NCBI GenBank assembly: GCA_002633005.1
Contig: NMRA01000661.1
Coordinates: 62,001 to 125,803, forward strand
Direction: 5' to 3'
Origin: Phoronis australis
Taxonomy: Eukaryota; Animalia; Phoronida
Length of the DNA stretch: 63,803 nt
A program made the position numbers and the translations under genes. Shown in pieces: positions 1-12,700 of this stretch. The notes beneath the pieces were generated by a model that had not been told where the DNA came from, ran no database searches, and saw nothing but the letters and a program-made list of their open reading frames with translations. Position 1 is the stretch's first letter, and each line of letters begins with the position of its first letter.

Positions 1-200
1 TTCACATATACGGGATAAATATAGATTATTACATGGCGAAGTCGTTATCCCCCGTTATCTAGAGCCCGAGTGGATTTTGGAGAATTATCGCCCGAGGGGC
101 GTTAGCCCCGAGGGTGACAGTTATCGCCCCATTGCAATGTTTCTCGTTCAGTATGTGGTATAAATAGATTATTACATGTCCTCAGTCGTGGGAAATCAGG
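1..200. repeat. Partial interspersed repeat (Crypton-like GCCCGAGG...CCCGAGGG motif)
   Basis: ATAGATTATTACATG occurs twice (about 21 and 163); CGCCCGAGGGGCGTTAGCCCCGAGGG motif; classification from recall only. Confidence 0.35.
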
Positions 201-658
201 CATAGAAAATGCAGATTTAAAAAAATGAACCATGGTCAGTTTCTTCGTTATTATTTTTTCCGAACGGTGGCGAAAATCTTAAAAACGACTGCATCATTTA
301 ATTATAAGTGGCTAGCAGCTTTTTTCAAAGAGGTAATTAAGAGACTCTCTTCAGGCCAAATGACATCTATTAAGTGTATTATAACTCAGTTTTGCTAATT
401 CTAGCTCAATTTTGTAAGCGATACAAACATCTGGCACTCATGCAAGATACAGACTTCATTTTGAGTAGACGGTGATTTCAAAAGGAGTTTGTGCCAGAGC
501 GAGTTCATCCAATGAATCTGGCATGGTTTATTGAGCTGAAAACCAAACAGAATGGCTGAGTGCCACATGTACGATGAAGTTGCCATTGTTTTAAAACAAT
601 TCACAGTTAGATTCAATCGGAAAGACCTGTAGAAATCCAGCTCAGTTCACTTGGACGT

Positions 659-718
659 CTAAATTTTATTGTACGTGTCCCGGCGACATCGATCGATGAA
701 GAGAAGCCTAAACCCATC
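659..718 (-). CDS. M6PR-like last coding exon
   Basis: ttttag|DGFRLLFIDRCRRDTYNKI*; DG continues the family motif; terminal YxxPhi. Confidence 0.8.
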   Translation of the reverse strand, partial: DGFRLLFIDRCRRDTYNKI

Positions 719-3700
719 CTAAAAAGAGTAAAGAAATGAAATTGACCTACAGTAAACGAGGGCGATGCATAAATAAACTGTTTTGAAATTAGTACATGTA
801 AATACTTACTAATGACCAAGGAAAAGGATTTTGGGAACATTGTAATGTATATCAGGAAAAATTACCACTTTTCTTAGGAAGTCCAAAGCTCTATTGAGCA
901 CCACTGCACTCGTTTTGACAAAAAACAACGTTTAGGATCAACTCTGTACTATAACTGATTCTCACAACACTGCACCGAACTACTGAAAATAAATGAAAAG
1001 TGGGCTAAAGCTCCTCAGTAGCAACATTGTTACAGCCATCCCAATCATAATTCTTTACTAAACATGTTATTACAGTAACAATCTGGTCACAGGTTTAGAC
1101 ATTTAAATGCTGAAACAACATGTAACTCCACAAAGAAATCTAATACACGTCATTGAAAGAAAGCTACAACCTAGCCAACACTCAGCTCAGTTAAAGGGTT
1201 AGTTTACCAACTAGCTACAACTGTACAAACATAGATTAAAAGCTTTTTTATATTTGGTATGAGCATACCTGAACATACCTAATCATAGCCCAAGCTTTAT
1301 CCTAGGGCCAAAAGAGTTGCTTTTGGTTACACAGTTTCAGTCTAGATCATGCTGTGTCTAATGCAATTATACACAGCAAACATCCCGGGTATCAAGTTTC
1401 TCCACAAAGGAGTTTAGAAGCAGAACGCATTGTGATAATCTCGTGACTTTTACTCTTCAAATTAATGTAACTTCTCCCATAGTTGGACAATTTCTTTTTT
1501 TTTTTTCATCTGAAGTTGCCGAAATGTATTTCCTTTAGGATAATGCAGCGCTAATTCAAAAAAATAACAGTGGTCAGCACAACTAAATTGGACATCTGAA
1601 ACGCATAGAAAATTGCTCCCGCTGGGGATCGGGCTCAAAATCTGAAGTGTCGACGCCAGCCAAAGCTAGTCGTTCCCGACCATAGTGAGCAAAACACGGG
1701 TCACTCGACACTGAAGAAAACTTGGCACACGTCAGAACCTGCAAATGGTTTTGTTTGATATTTGCATCTGGTAACAGTGGTGCCTTAGTCATGACTATGC
1801 TAAGCACACAAGGCAAGGTAACTATAGGGCTTTCATTCAGGTTTAGTTTAAATTGTCCAATTTATTTGTTTTGTCCTCTTTTATGGCACCAAAAAAGAGC
1901 ATATTACCCAGGGACCCTCGAAGTTGCCAAATCATCACTAGGAAGTATAACCTGGTTCTCGTTATTGGCGTCAAAGGTGCACATAGTTTTGTCTTCCAAT
2001 GACCTTTGAACCGTGTGGCAGGAGAAACAAAAAGCTTTGGCGACGCACATTTGTGCATCAAATAGAAAAGTCAAAATACGACAACTAACAAATTTCCAGC
2101 TCGGTTGTCAGGGAAGATATTCTAGCCCTTACCACGGAGCAGAACCCCAGTCACAGGATGAAAAACCTTAGCACCAAACACTAATGATTTACCACGTCTT
2201 GCAAGAACACTTACCATACAAAAGACATCGTTACCTACTAGGGGCCCGGTTGTCTATTAAGAGTTTTTGCTCATGGTCAAAATTTCTAGCAGGTCGTGGC
2301 AAATGTGTCTGGCAGAATGGTAAAGGGTCATTTTTCCACCCAAACACAATGGTAATTACGACCCAAGCAAGAAGACATTGACAATATGCAAACCCACGTC
2401 TTAACCTAAAATTACTACTGACGGCAACTAAACGCTGTTAATGCATGCACATCCATTTTTAACGATTTATCATTGCCCCGAGTTCTAATGTCCCTTTCGC
2501 AAAGAATATGTATACATGTATTTACAATACAATTTACAATCAATCAATGTTATCCCGGAACAGTATACATGTATACGGATATAGCTTCATTGTTTATCAA
2601 CATAAAATTATAAGCATTTGCCACGGAGCACTTGTACCTTTATCAATCCAGGAAGTCCGCACCAGAATTGTTCGTTGGGTATCATCTCCAATCCTTGGGC
2701 ATTCCTGACGAGTTTCATAAACAAGATACCTCCGACCAGGTAAACAAAAAGTAACGAGAAAAATCTGTAAGCAGATAAATGTACGCAACTCTCACGAATG
2801 GAAGGTTATCAACACTCTCATTTCATAGATCTTGTACTTTGTATCGCAATACTCATTTAACCCACCCCGGTTTTAAAAATTGTAGGACGATGAAAATGAT
2901 ATGCCTAGGGCTTATACACTGTATGTTGCTTTAGACAAACTAAGTATTTATAAATAACAGTAAACATTGAAGCCGTGAAATGACGCTATGATAGGAGTGG
3001 TGGTTGCATCGATTCTCTTTCAAGGGTGGTTGAACATTATTTGTGCCCTTCTTTACGCACAAAAGTTTATTGTTTTGGAATTCATTTATACTCAAATCTG
3101 CCGAGATGAATGATCATATCTCCATCAAGAATTTGCAGAGCCACTAGACGAACACATTGAACGGATGCCAAAATTACTTTCTGTTTTTCATGTATTGCAG
3201 GAGATGACAGAAACTGCCAAACCGCCCTCAATGAAGAAAGGTTGTTTTTGCGAATAACTGAAAAGAAATTTGGCCGAAAATCTAGGAGTCAGCAGCTCGT
3301 CAAAAGTGGGAATCACCCAAAATACACATTGCTTTGGGCTTACAAACAACCACAAAATATCACACAAAATATTCTGACACTTAAGTACCATGAAATGGTT
3401 TCACAGGGTTTCAATTGGATTTCTTCTATCTAATGATCACAGTCTGTTTCCCGGGCATATATATAACTTAGAAAAAAAACAACAGTTAACTTGAATTCAT
3501 GGAAAAAAATTACAGAGCTTTCAGGCAAACTGGATCAGCTGTTCACCTAGAGCACAACAAGCGAGGCTCTTTCAACGCAACTGATGCGCCAAATGCGCGA
3601 ACAACTTACATACTTTTTCAGTCGGTACTACGTTGATGCAGCCCAACAGTAATCGACGTTTTGAGGACCCAGGGGCGGATCTAAGATTTTTAGTTTGGGT

Positions 3701-6700
3701 TTTGCAAGTCAGACATTCGCACCCCCAATTGCCAAACGAAATATGGGAGAATTTTAGGGGGTCATGGTCCCCTTGTCCATTACCAGCAATATTGAAACCG
3801 TGAACTGCGCATGCGCGAAAATCACTCAGTTAGCCCCCTCTGGGATACATGGGATTCGCAGAAAACACAGCGTGGGGGTCTTATTTATGAACCAATCACA
3901 TTTGCCAATAGCACATAACACAGATAAGTACTTTATTAAAAACGTGGCCAAGTTTCAGCAAAATCGGAAGAAATTTTGTTTAACATGGTATGGTCAAAGT
4001 TTTGGCTTACAGGTATTTTGTAGCTTCGATCAGTGAAATTGCCATTGAAAACCCAACAGTGCATGTGAGAAAACGACAATTTTCGACCGAGCCTTTCATG
4101 TGCGGTTAATTTCCGATAGACCCAACAAATGTCAGCATAATCAAGGTTGAAATGTAAGAGTTTGAAGAAAATTAGACAAAAAAATGTATTTAGCATGGGG
4201 TGGCCGAAAATTGCCAATTTAGGCCTTTTGATATCTGTTGAGTTTATCATAGACTATCGTCAGTGGGTCTAGTTAATTCAAAGTTTTTAGCTAAATCACT
4301 GATAATGTTCACACCATTACGTCTGTTTGATGCCGTTCAGAGTTGCGTGCAGCAGCCATTGGCCCCCAAACCGGCTATGGGAGCTAAAATTAGGCACTAA
4401 ATCAAAGTAATTAGGACAACTGTAATACCCGAGCTGTTTACAATCTATTTCAGAGAAAAAGGTTTTTGTTCCTAGTATTAATTTGCTTTAGAGTATTGCG
4501 GGCATGGTTTCAAATTGAAAGGAGTCATCATAAGTTGAATTTATGAGAATTGCACTGAGTTGCATTGCGAAAAACTAGTCGACTGAGGTAGTGCGAGATA
4601 AGGCAATGGGTGAAAAGGACCGCTTTGACTTGCTTACAGGTGGTGGCCCTTAATATTGGGCAGACATCTTTAACGATATGTTTTGTCTTTCCTTTTTGAC
4701 GGATTATAATTGAACTTTTGATTATTTTGGGCTACTATGCGCCACAAAATCAAGAACAACCTTTCTGGTGCTTCTTTCCATTAGACACGCGGAGTGTGAA
4801 GCGCTGACCGGTGCATAAGCGATGACCTAGTTTACGCAGAGAACCTGGCAGATGACCTAGTTTACGTATTGCACCCCCTCTAAATCCGCCACTGGGACCA
4901 TGTGCAGGACTTTAGGTGACCACTTAATATAGAGTCTGAGGTAACACATTAATCGTATCTAGTATATTATTTTAGTCAACTGTGGCGTTGTTGCAAAGTT
5001 CAATCTAGGCATTGCAAAGCAATCTTTGTGATTCTTGCATGGAAATCGAAAAAACCGACTAGTTTCCAGTGAAGCTATTTTGTACATGTATATTCAATTA
5101 CGGAAATATATATCCCAGTTGGAGTACTTCGGGACATCCTATATCACCGCCTCAGTTATTTAGCCAACTTCTTGGAATGAAGACAAAATGTTGTTTTTGA
5201 TTTTTCATTTGGTTCTCAGTTATAACGCCGTTGCACTTACATTATCACAAGAACAGAACCAGCGCTTAAGCCACCGCCGCCACCTGGAGTGGGCGTGGGT
5301 CCAGTACCCCCGCTAGGACAACAATGCTTGCTCTTAAGGGTCATATACTGAAACAGAAGTCAACTTCACAGTCAAAGGATTGCAGCAACAAAACACGTTC
5401 TAGTAAAAACACATTATTATTTGTAAATATTCGCATGTGTGTTAACAGATATTCACGTGCTGGCAAAAATAGGTGCTTCAAGAATTTATGTCGTTTGAGA
5501 ACTGACGTAGATTTATTAGACCGTGAGCAAAATGTAAGATTAAAGATTTGATGATTTTACAAAATTCCAATGCATGTTCATTTCATGAAATCCAGCGCAC
5601 TTGATTACAATGGCCGGTGAAAATGTCAACAAACAAAACACTTAAGGATACTTCTCGGAAGCCTACGCCAACGAAACTTCATTAACGAAAACTTAAGTGC
5701 ATATTTTATCTTACTGAAATTTTGTTTTAATTCCACACCTAAGGGGTACCAACTTCATAGATGCGATGGAAGGTAGATCATTGAATTAAACGGGTCATTT
5801 CAGAAAAACTATGTTTTCTCTCACTGACGAGAGAAGTCGACCATGAAACCAGAAGCAAACAATGCGATGGGTTGTAACAATGCAGAAATATGCTTACGTA
5901 TTTGGCGGAGCCTGGAGGATCTTCACCCTTTGCAGTCAAGCTACCTTCGTCGGTTTGGTCACAATCTAGTGCAACATAGCTTGCCCTGGTGACGTTAGAA
6001 AAGAATTACAATTACACTGTTCAATCAATCGTAACACTAGTGTTTTTTTTTAAGTCATGCGTAGTATAATTTTAGCTCACCCCAATCTCACGGAGAAATC
6101 CAGCCAACCACCTGTCTCAGCTTATGGCTCTGCAGCTTGGTTGGTTGCTGATTTGCCTTTAGATTGCTACATGCGCGCATCATTTGACTGAATACACGCA
6201 ATCTGACAACGGTGACTAAAATGCCTACGAAGTGATCCTACACTGTCAAAAACAGTGTGACATAAAGTATTTTGATGGGTTTTGGCATTGTGCAGGGGAA
6301 AGGTACATGTTATTGTGACTAAACTGTTGTAAACTTATCCGCTATTTGAGGACTTACCCTAGATGTAGTTTGTAGTAACAGATGCTCATCGTATGTCAGA
6401 GAACTGTATAAATTCTGGGAAAACAAATAGCTCTCTGAATTGTTGAAACCTAGATAAATAATCTATGATGACAGTTTTTCCAATCTGCAAAATTTAAACA
6501 TTACCTGGTCGTACTAGGATCACTTCCGGTATATTGCAGCTCCAATCCTCTACTTGGATCATTCACGAATGTTGCAGTATTCTGTGTTCCTAAACTGAAG
6601 TAACTGGGCAGGCTACCAGGAATATCGTAATGGGTTTGACAGGCCTGTAAACAATATTCGGATGCATTCAGAACATCCTGGCTCTAGAAGACGTGAATAA

Positions 6701-9700
6701 AGGAAGAATGAATGATTGGCAATAATAATGTATTAAATAACTGCGAAAAATGGGCTACAGGACCCATAACGCATAATTTAATAGAAAGATCATAATTTGT
6801 GAAGTAGAACATGCTTAAACAAATTTTATTTCGGAAAATATTGAAGTTTGAACCCTTTTCGTGAACATCATATCTATTTTCTCTTTAGAAAAAGGAATAA
6901 TATGGCGAAGCATGACAAACTACGTACTTTCTCACCTACTTCGAGTTTTGATCAGGTGTCTACTAAGCATTTCATTGTATTAAAAATGCGTATAAGCAGC
7001 CAACGATGTAAGGAGCTTGCGTATAAAACAATGGTTCGACCCACCTTGGAATACGCCTCTACTGTTTGGGACCCTTATACCCAAAAAAGACATTGCAGCT
7101 ATAGAGAAAGTACAGAGGAGAGCTGCTCGTTGGGTCACAAGAGGGTTCAAATGTCTATCCTCTTAATGTTAGAAACCCTAAAATGGTCCACCCGCAGCCA
7201 CAGACGCAAAATCTGTCGGCTGAAAATGTTTTACAAATATGATAAGAAGTTGGTGATCATCAACTCTGATGTTGCCCCTATTGCAAATCTTACTGTCTCG
7301 GGCATCTGTACCAGAAGGTCATCCAACTGTAGTATTGCAATAAATAGGACAAATTACAGGAAAAAGACATTCTTTCCTAGAACAGTCGCGGCCTGGAATA
7401 CCTTGCCGGGCTGCATTACATCAGTCCCTTCTTTTGATATCTTTGTTAGCAAGCTATCTGCCTTTCTGACGTAACATAGTGGGGTGCCTCCGTTTGGGGC
7501 ACCAGCTCACTGACTGCCTTATCTGTTTTGACAGATCGTTAAAACGATCTAGCTATGTTAACCGACCTCTAAAGTGACGTCCACCAAGTATAAATGTAAA
7601 CCTGTTATAGTTGGTCTCTTTTTATTGATCTTCAGTGTTATACAGTGACATAATACTCAGGATAGAGTGTGGTCACTTAAACTAAGAAAAAATGCTTGTA
7701 ACAAGAGAGCAAAATGTTTTGGAGACGCCGGTGGTACCTCAGATTGACCGAACGTCAGACTTCTTATACCGACATAGGGCGCCAAGAAACCTTAATCCGT
7801 TGGCGCTGCTCAGAGTCAAATTTTCTCCTGATGCCAAAAGATCTGCTTTAAGTTTGGGAATATCTTTCTGGATCATGGTGTTGTGGCTTATTCAATAACA
7901 CATGGTATGTGTAAACACCTGGGGTGTCAAGTTTTTTCAGAAAGCAGTTCATACGCGGAATGCAGTGCGCTGTATTTCGCGCAGGCTTTGAACTCACCCT
8001 GGAATTAACAAGTTAAAACGTGTTCATCGCCCAAAATAATTCCTACAAGCAAACAAAACATAAGAAATCTATTTACTTTGCGCGAGATGATACAATTTCC
8101 GCAGGAATGTGAGCCTTTCCTTAAAAATGATATGCAGACGAGTCTTTGACAAATGTGAGTTGATTTTAACAAAAAAAAACTACCGGTGTGGTCATCGTAA
8201 GCTAATTTATAATTAATTTTCAAAGTTAAATGAAAAAAATGCAAAAGTTGAAATAACCGAATGCTGAGGCGTATTCCACTCACAGACGGCATGCAGTTTA
8301 TCACTGTTGGAAATAAAACACGAAGCTGTGATACTCCTCTCATGGTTGGACAATTTTTACACTAAAACATACTGCAACGTATTTCATGAAGGCAAAAGCT
8401 ACTTTCTTGTGCCTGTGGAAGCGGGAAGTTTAAACGTAACAGTGGCCAGCCCTGTCTTGATAGCATATCTGAGATGCATGTTAAATGTCTCCAGGGGAGG
8501 AGATCGGACTCAAAACCTGAAGTGCTGACACCAGCCCAGGTAGCCAGCGAGCTATCGTCAAAATAAAGCTACCACTGTGTGTTGGGCTCTAACAGACCTC
8601 AAAATTGCGCACAGCCTGGGTAGTTTGCTAGTCACTTCGTCGTGAAACTGGACAATAAGAACTTCGCAGCAGCACAGTTGTTCTCTGACAGACCTCAAAA
8701 CTGCGCACAGCCTGGGTAGTTTGCTTGTCACTTCGTCGTGAAACTCGACGATGAGAGCTTCGCAGCAGCACAGTTTGTTCGCAAATTCGGTTTGCTGGTA
8801 TCAAAATTCTTAAAGCTTATAATGAAGTAAAACCAGTTCCAATAATTTGTTGTGACGAGTTCGCAGCCTCGTAAAAGAACAACGGTTGGTTGAAGAATCG
8901 GCGAAAAAAGAAACTGGCCAATAGGTAACGCAATATTTTGTGGCGCCGAAAGCCGACGCAAAAGATCGCACCACAATTTTAACAACAGAACAACGGTAGA
9001 AATCCAATTTTACCTCCAACACCGGAAAATTATTTAGTTTACTCAAGGAACAGTGTAGTTTTTAATGACACTAATTTTGCGTCAGATCCTATCTGGTCAG
9101 TTTTTTTACCAACATCGAGAAAAGCTCTATTTTACTATACAGCCAAGGCTACTACATGTAGTACCCAACCGAAGTGAGTGAGCAAGTTTTGTGTCACTCG
9201 TCTCAGGGAAACTTGTAGCCATCCAGCTAGCTGAATGAAGACTATCGGCAAAATATTTAGAATACAGCTTTGTACCAATGCTAGGAAACTTGGTACTAGA
9301 TGTAAAAATGATATATGCACAGAAGCCATTCATCAGAGAAACATGAGTTTGTTCATTTTGATAACCATTTTCATAATGCCCAGCAACACTCTACATGCAA
9401 CAACGCTGTGGGGCAGTAGCAAGTGGAGATTTGGTCCATGCCCGGTTGACATTTTATTAGATGCCCCATTCTCCCTAGCTATTCAAATGCACATAGGCCT
9501 ACTCTAATAATAATAAAAATAAATCGATGAAACATAAACAAGAAGCTTTATTAAGTTTAACTGCATACCAGTCACAATTCCCACAAAAAGATACAAATTG
9601 ATTGCATACCCCTCACCCAATATGAATCCTACGCATCCTTGGGGCGATGATTGAGCACCGTCCATGGATAATCAATTTGAACGGGTTTTAATTGCACCAT

Positions 9701-12700
9701 GAAGACATAAAGCGAACAGTCCTATTGTCCGAATATCGGTGTCGGGTAAATAAAATACTTATCAAACTAACTTAACTGAAAAACTATCAAGACTCGTTAT
9801 TCCCGAGCATTGTGAATAACAAGTTCGCAACAGAGTGTTTTATATATGTTACAGCTTTAAGACGACTATATGAACCCAATTTCAGGTGCCATAAAGGTTT
9901 GTTCATCCTTTTTGAAGAAAACCACACATGAGTAACAAACACAAAAATATAAAAGGAGACTTATCGCTATAACCAATATTCATCTCATTCCTTATTCACT
10001 GTGCATGTTTTAGTCAAATCCAAAGTGCCGTAATTAATCCTCTTCATCAGAGTCGGAATCTTCACTCAATGGATCATCTTCGGAATCGGACAGTTCTTCG
10101 GAAGAACTATCTCTAATGCTGGTTGCTTCATTCCCAAGGTTACTGTCGTTGACTTCTTCATTCGCACTGAACAATATGTCAGGGAGAATGGACCCCTCAA
10201 ACCAAATTGGCAGAAGTGCGTCAGTTCCAGTTGCATGCCAACCATAATCAGTTGGTGTCAGTACATCCTCAGGACATGTTGTCGCGGCACGGGTCCATAG
10301 CGCTGTGACGTACTGAGTTCGGCGAATCTGCATCTGCAGGCTACGGAGACAAGGCGGGAGCAACGCACAGTCAATTCGTTTTATATTTGCAAGTGGATTC
10401 TCCTGAAAGGAAATTAAAAAATATAAGCATAGCCGACATTGATGGTAGTTAAACATTATCAGATCGAATATTTATATTGTTTACAAGTTATCACTACATA
10501 CCTCAGCAACTTTGCTAGTCATGTCCATAAGTTTGACGAACCGGGCCTCGTTAACATCTTTGAGCTTACATTTAGCGTACATGTGACAAATGAATTTAGC
10601 GACTAAACCGAAATCGATGCTGCAATGCACATCTCCAAAACTAGTGAAAATATTGATGAATCTTTCATCACTTTCAGCAATGTCTAAGGGCTTGATTTTG
10701 TCTTTTCTGAAAAATAAGGAATGACGTGTAAAACTAATTCAAAACAGAAACCTTTTTTGTTTAAAGGAGGCAACCATAACACGACTTCATTTACATGACA
10801 GACGTAATCACAGCTAATCGAACTCAATCAATTCTTGTCACTACTGCAATAATCAAGATTTCGATAACATACCTATAAAAGGCAGATGTGTAGTCACATC
10901 CAGTGAAAGCATGGTATCCAGGCATTGCTCTGGCAAGCCCGTACTTGCGCTCTTCAAGAACTTTTGCTATGTCGGAAATATTCATAAATCTTCTGTAATT
11001 TCCCATCCCACAGTCCATGACAACGTTGGTCGTGGATCTTATTTCTCTCCGCTGTTGTCCGAGTGTACCAACCAAAATTACTAAAATATCTGTACCTGAA
11101 GCCCTCACCATAACACGACCGACAGTTACATGTATGTTTGCGACGTAGAACGCAATCAGCGTAACCGCTTCCTCGTGGTCACCTTGGAGATGGACAGGTT
11201 TTGTCACCATGATTTGCTGGTTATTGTCGGGAAAGAAGTGGTAGCAGTCACCACCGTGGGAAACAAACAATGTTTTCCCACCAAACATATGCCAATAATG
11301 GTATTTTCTCTGTTCCGTCAAAAGGAACTTAGCCACTTCATATTTGAACGCGCTGTGAAGTGTTTGTGAGCTCTGTCGCATAGTTTGATCAGGCCCTGTT
11401 GCGGCATACATGGAATTAAAGTCCCCGCGATGTTTCCGTTCACTGTCCTTAACTGAGTTTTCTACGTACTTGTGTAGACACAAGTGATCTTCCTCTGCCC
11501 TCCCCGAACAGACCACTGATAACATCGATCGTGCAACTGATTCATAAGTTGCACCTATTCTTGTCTGTGATATGACTGATTGTAGAAGAAGTCCGCCATC
11601 AAAAACCTTCACGTAGTCGTGTAGAAAATCTCCGTCTGTTATAGGTTCTGTCTGGAACAATTCAAGTTTTTTTCAGCAAAGCAGACTTTTCTGTTTGACG
11701 AGCGCTCCATCGCAGTGAGCAAGTGCTAATGGATAAGGTGTGACAGGATGTGAGAGAAGTTGTCGAAGATCGAAGTTTGTCCTCTCTGCTACAACTACGA
11801 CTATGCGTATGAACAATTCTCTTAGACTCTCTGCGACTGTCTTGTTTCTCTGGGAGGCCGATGACTTGGCTTTATTCTTCACGCTTTTAGCAGCGAAGTT
11901 TTGGACAGCTGTACGCTTAACTGTTCGCAGAAACCTTCTGCTGTCACTTTTCCACTCCTGTTGGAATTTTCTCTCGCATCATGGCCTCGGCTCAGCGCAT
12001 TGATCCGGTAGTCTTCTGTTGCTTGGGATGCTGCTTGGCCAGTTGCGATATTAACCAGACCCGGTGGATCATTGTTCTCAAACGGATTGCAGAAATTGTC
12101 GATTTTGACACTGAGTGATGCCATCTGTTCGTTATCTTTTTTGATTCTTGAAGGACTGCACTGACTCTTTGCATTTTCCCCAACTTAAAGTCCAGCAAAT
12201 GTTCTAAGTTCAATTACTGAAATTGCCCTTTGTGCCATAGAGAGTGACCATCGACGCATTGCATTCTCTGAGTTGCGGAAAGCCCCTATCCCTGTCATGC
12301 TCGATGCTGCATCCCTGTTGACGGACTGTTCCAAAGAGAGGTCAACAGCCGATCTACTGAAGTTGTTCCTCGTACGTCGCACTGAAAATGCTCCGTTTTC
12401 CAGCACTTCGCTCAATTGTGGGTCTGCAAATTTCAATTTTTGGTAAAACAACGTTCCCCATCTAGCGTAGTTTGGGCGGTTCAGGGCAAAGAATTCATCT
12501 AGCATTGTCGGGAAAATGTTGATATAGCCACTGACGTCATTGGTGTTGACGCATCTCTGGAATTCTCTGTGCGCGCATTTATGAGAAAGATGTAGGTTGG
12601 CCAAAACTGAGCAGTTTTGCCATATTTGCCATTAATCACTGTGTGAAATGAATCTTAATACTTCTGGAGATGCTGAGTGATCACAGGATCATCAAGGTTT

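Noticed and set aside
1700-1770. Alternative last exon of the M6PR-like gene (ccag|MQISNKTICRF*)
   Set aside because: Lacks the conserved DG continuation and sorting motif present at 659-718
8915-8950. Possible left TIR of the Academ element (GGTAACGCAATATTTTGTGGCGCC versus the reverse complement of 17565-17588)
   Set aside because: Only about 18/24 identity, no extension to a TAG terminus and no TSD
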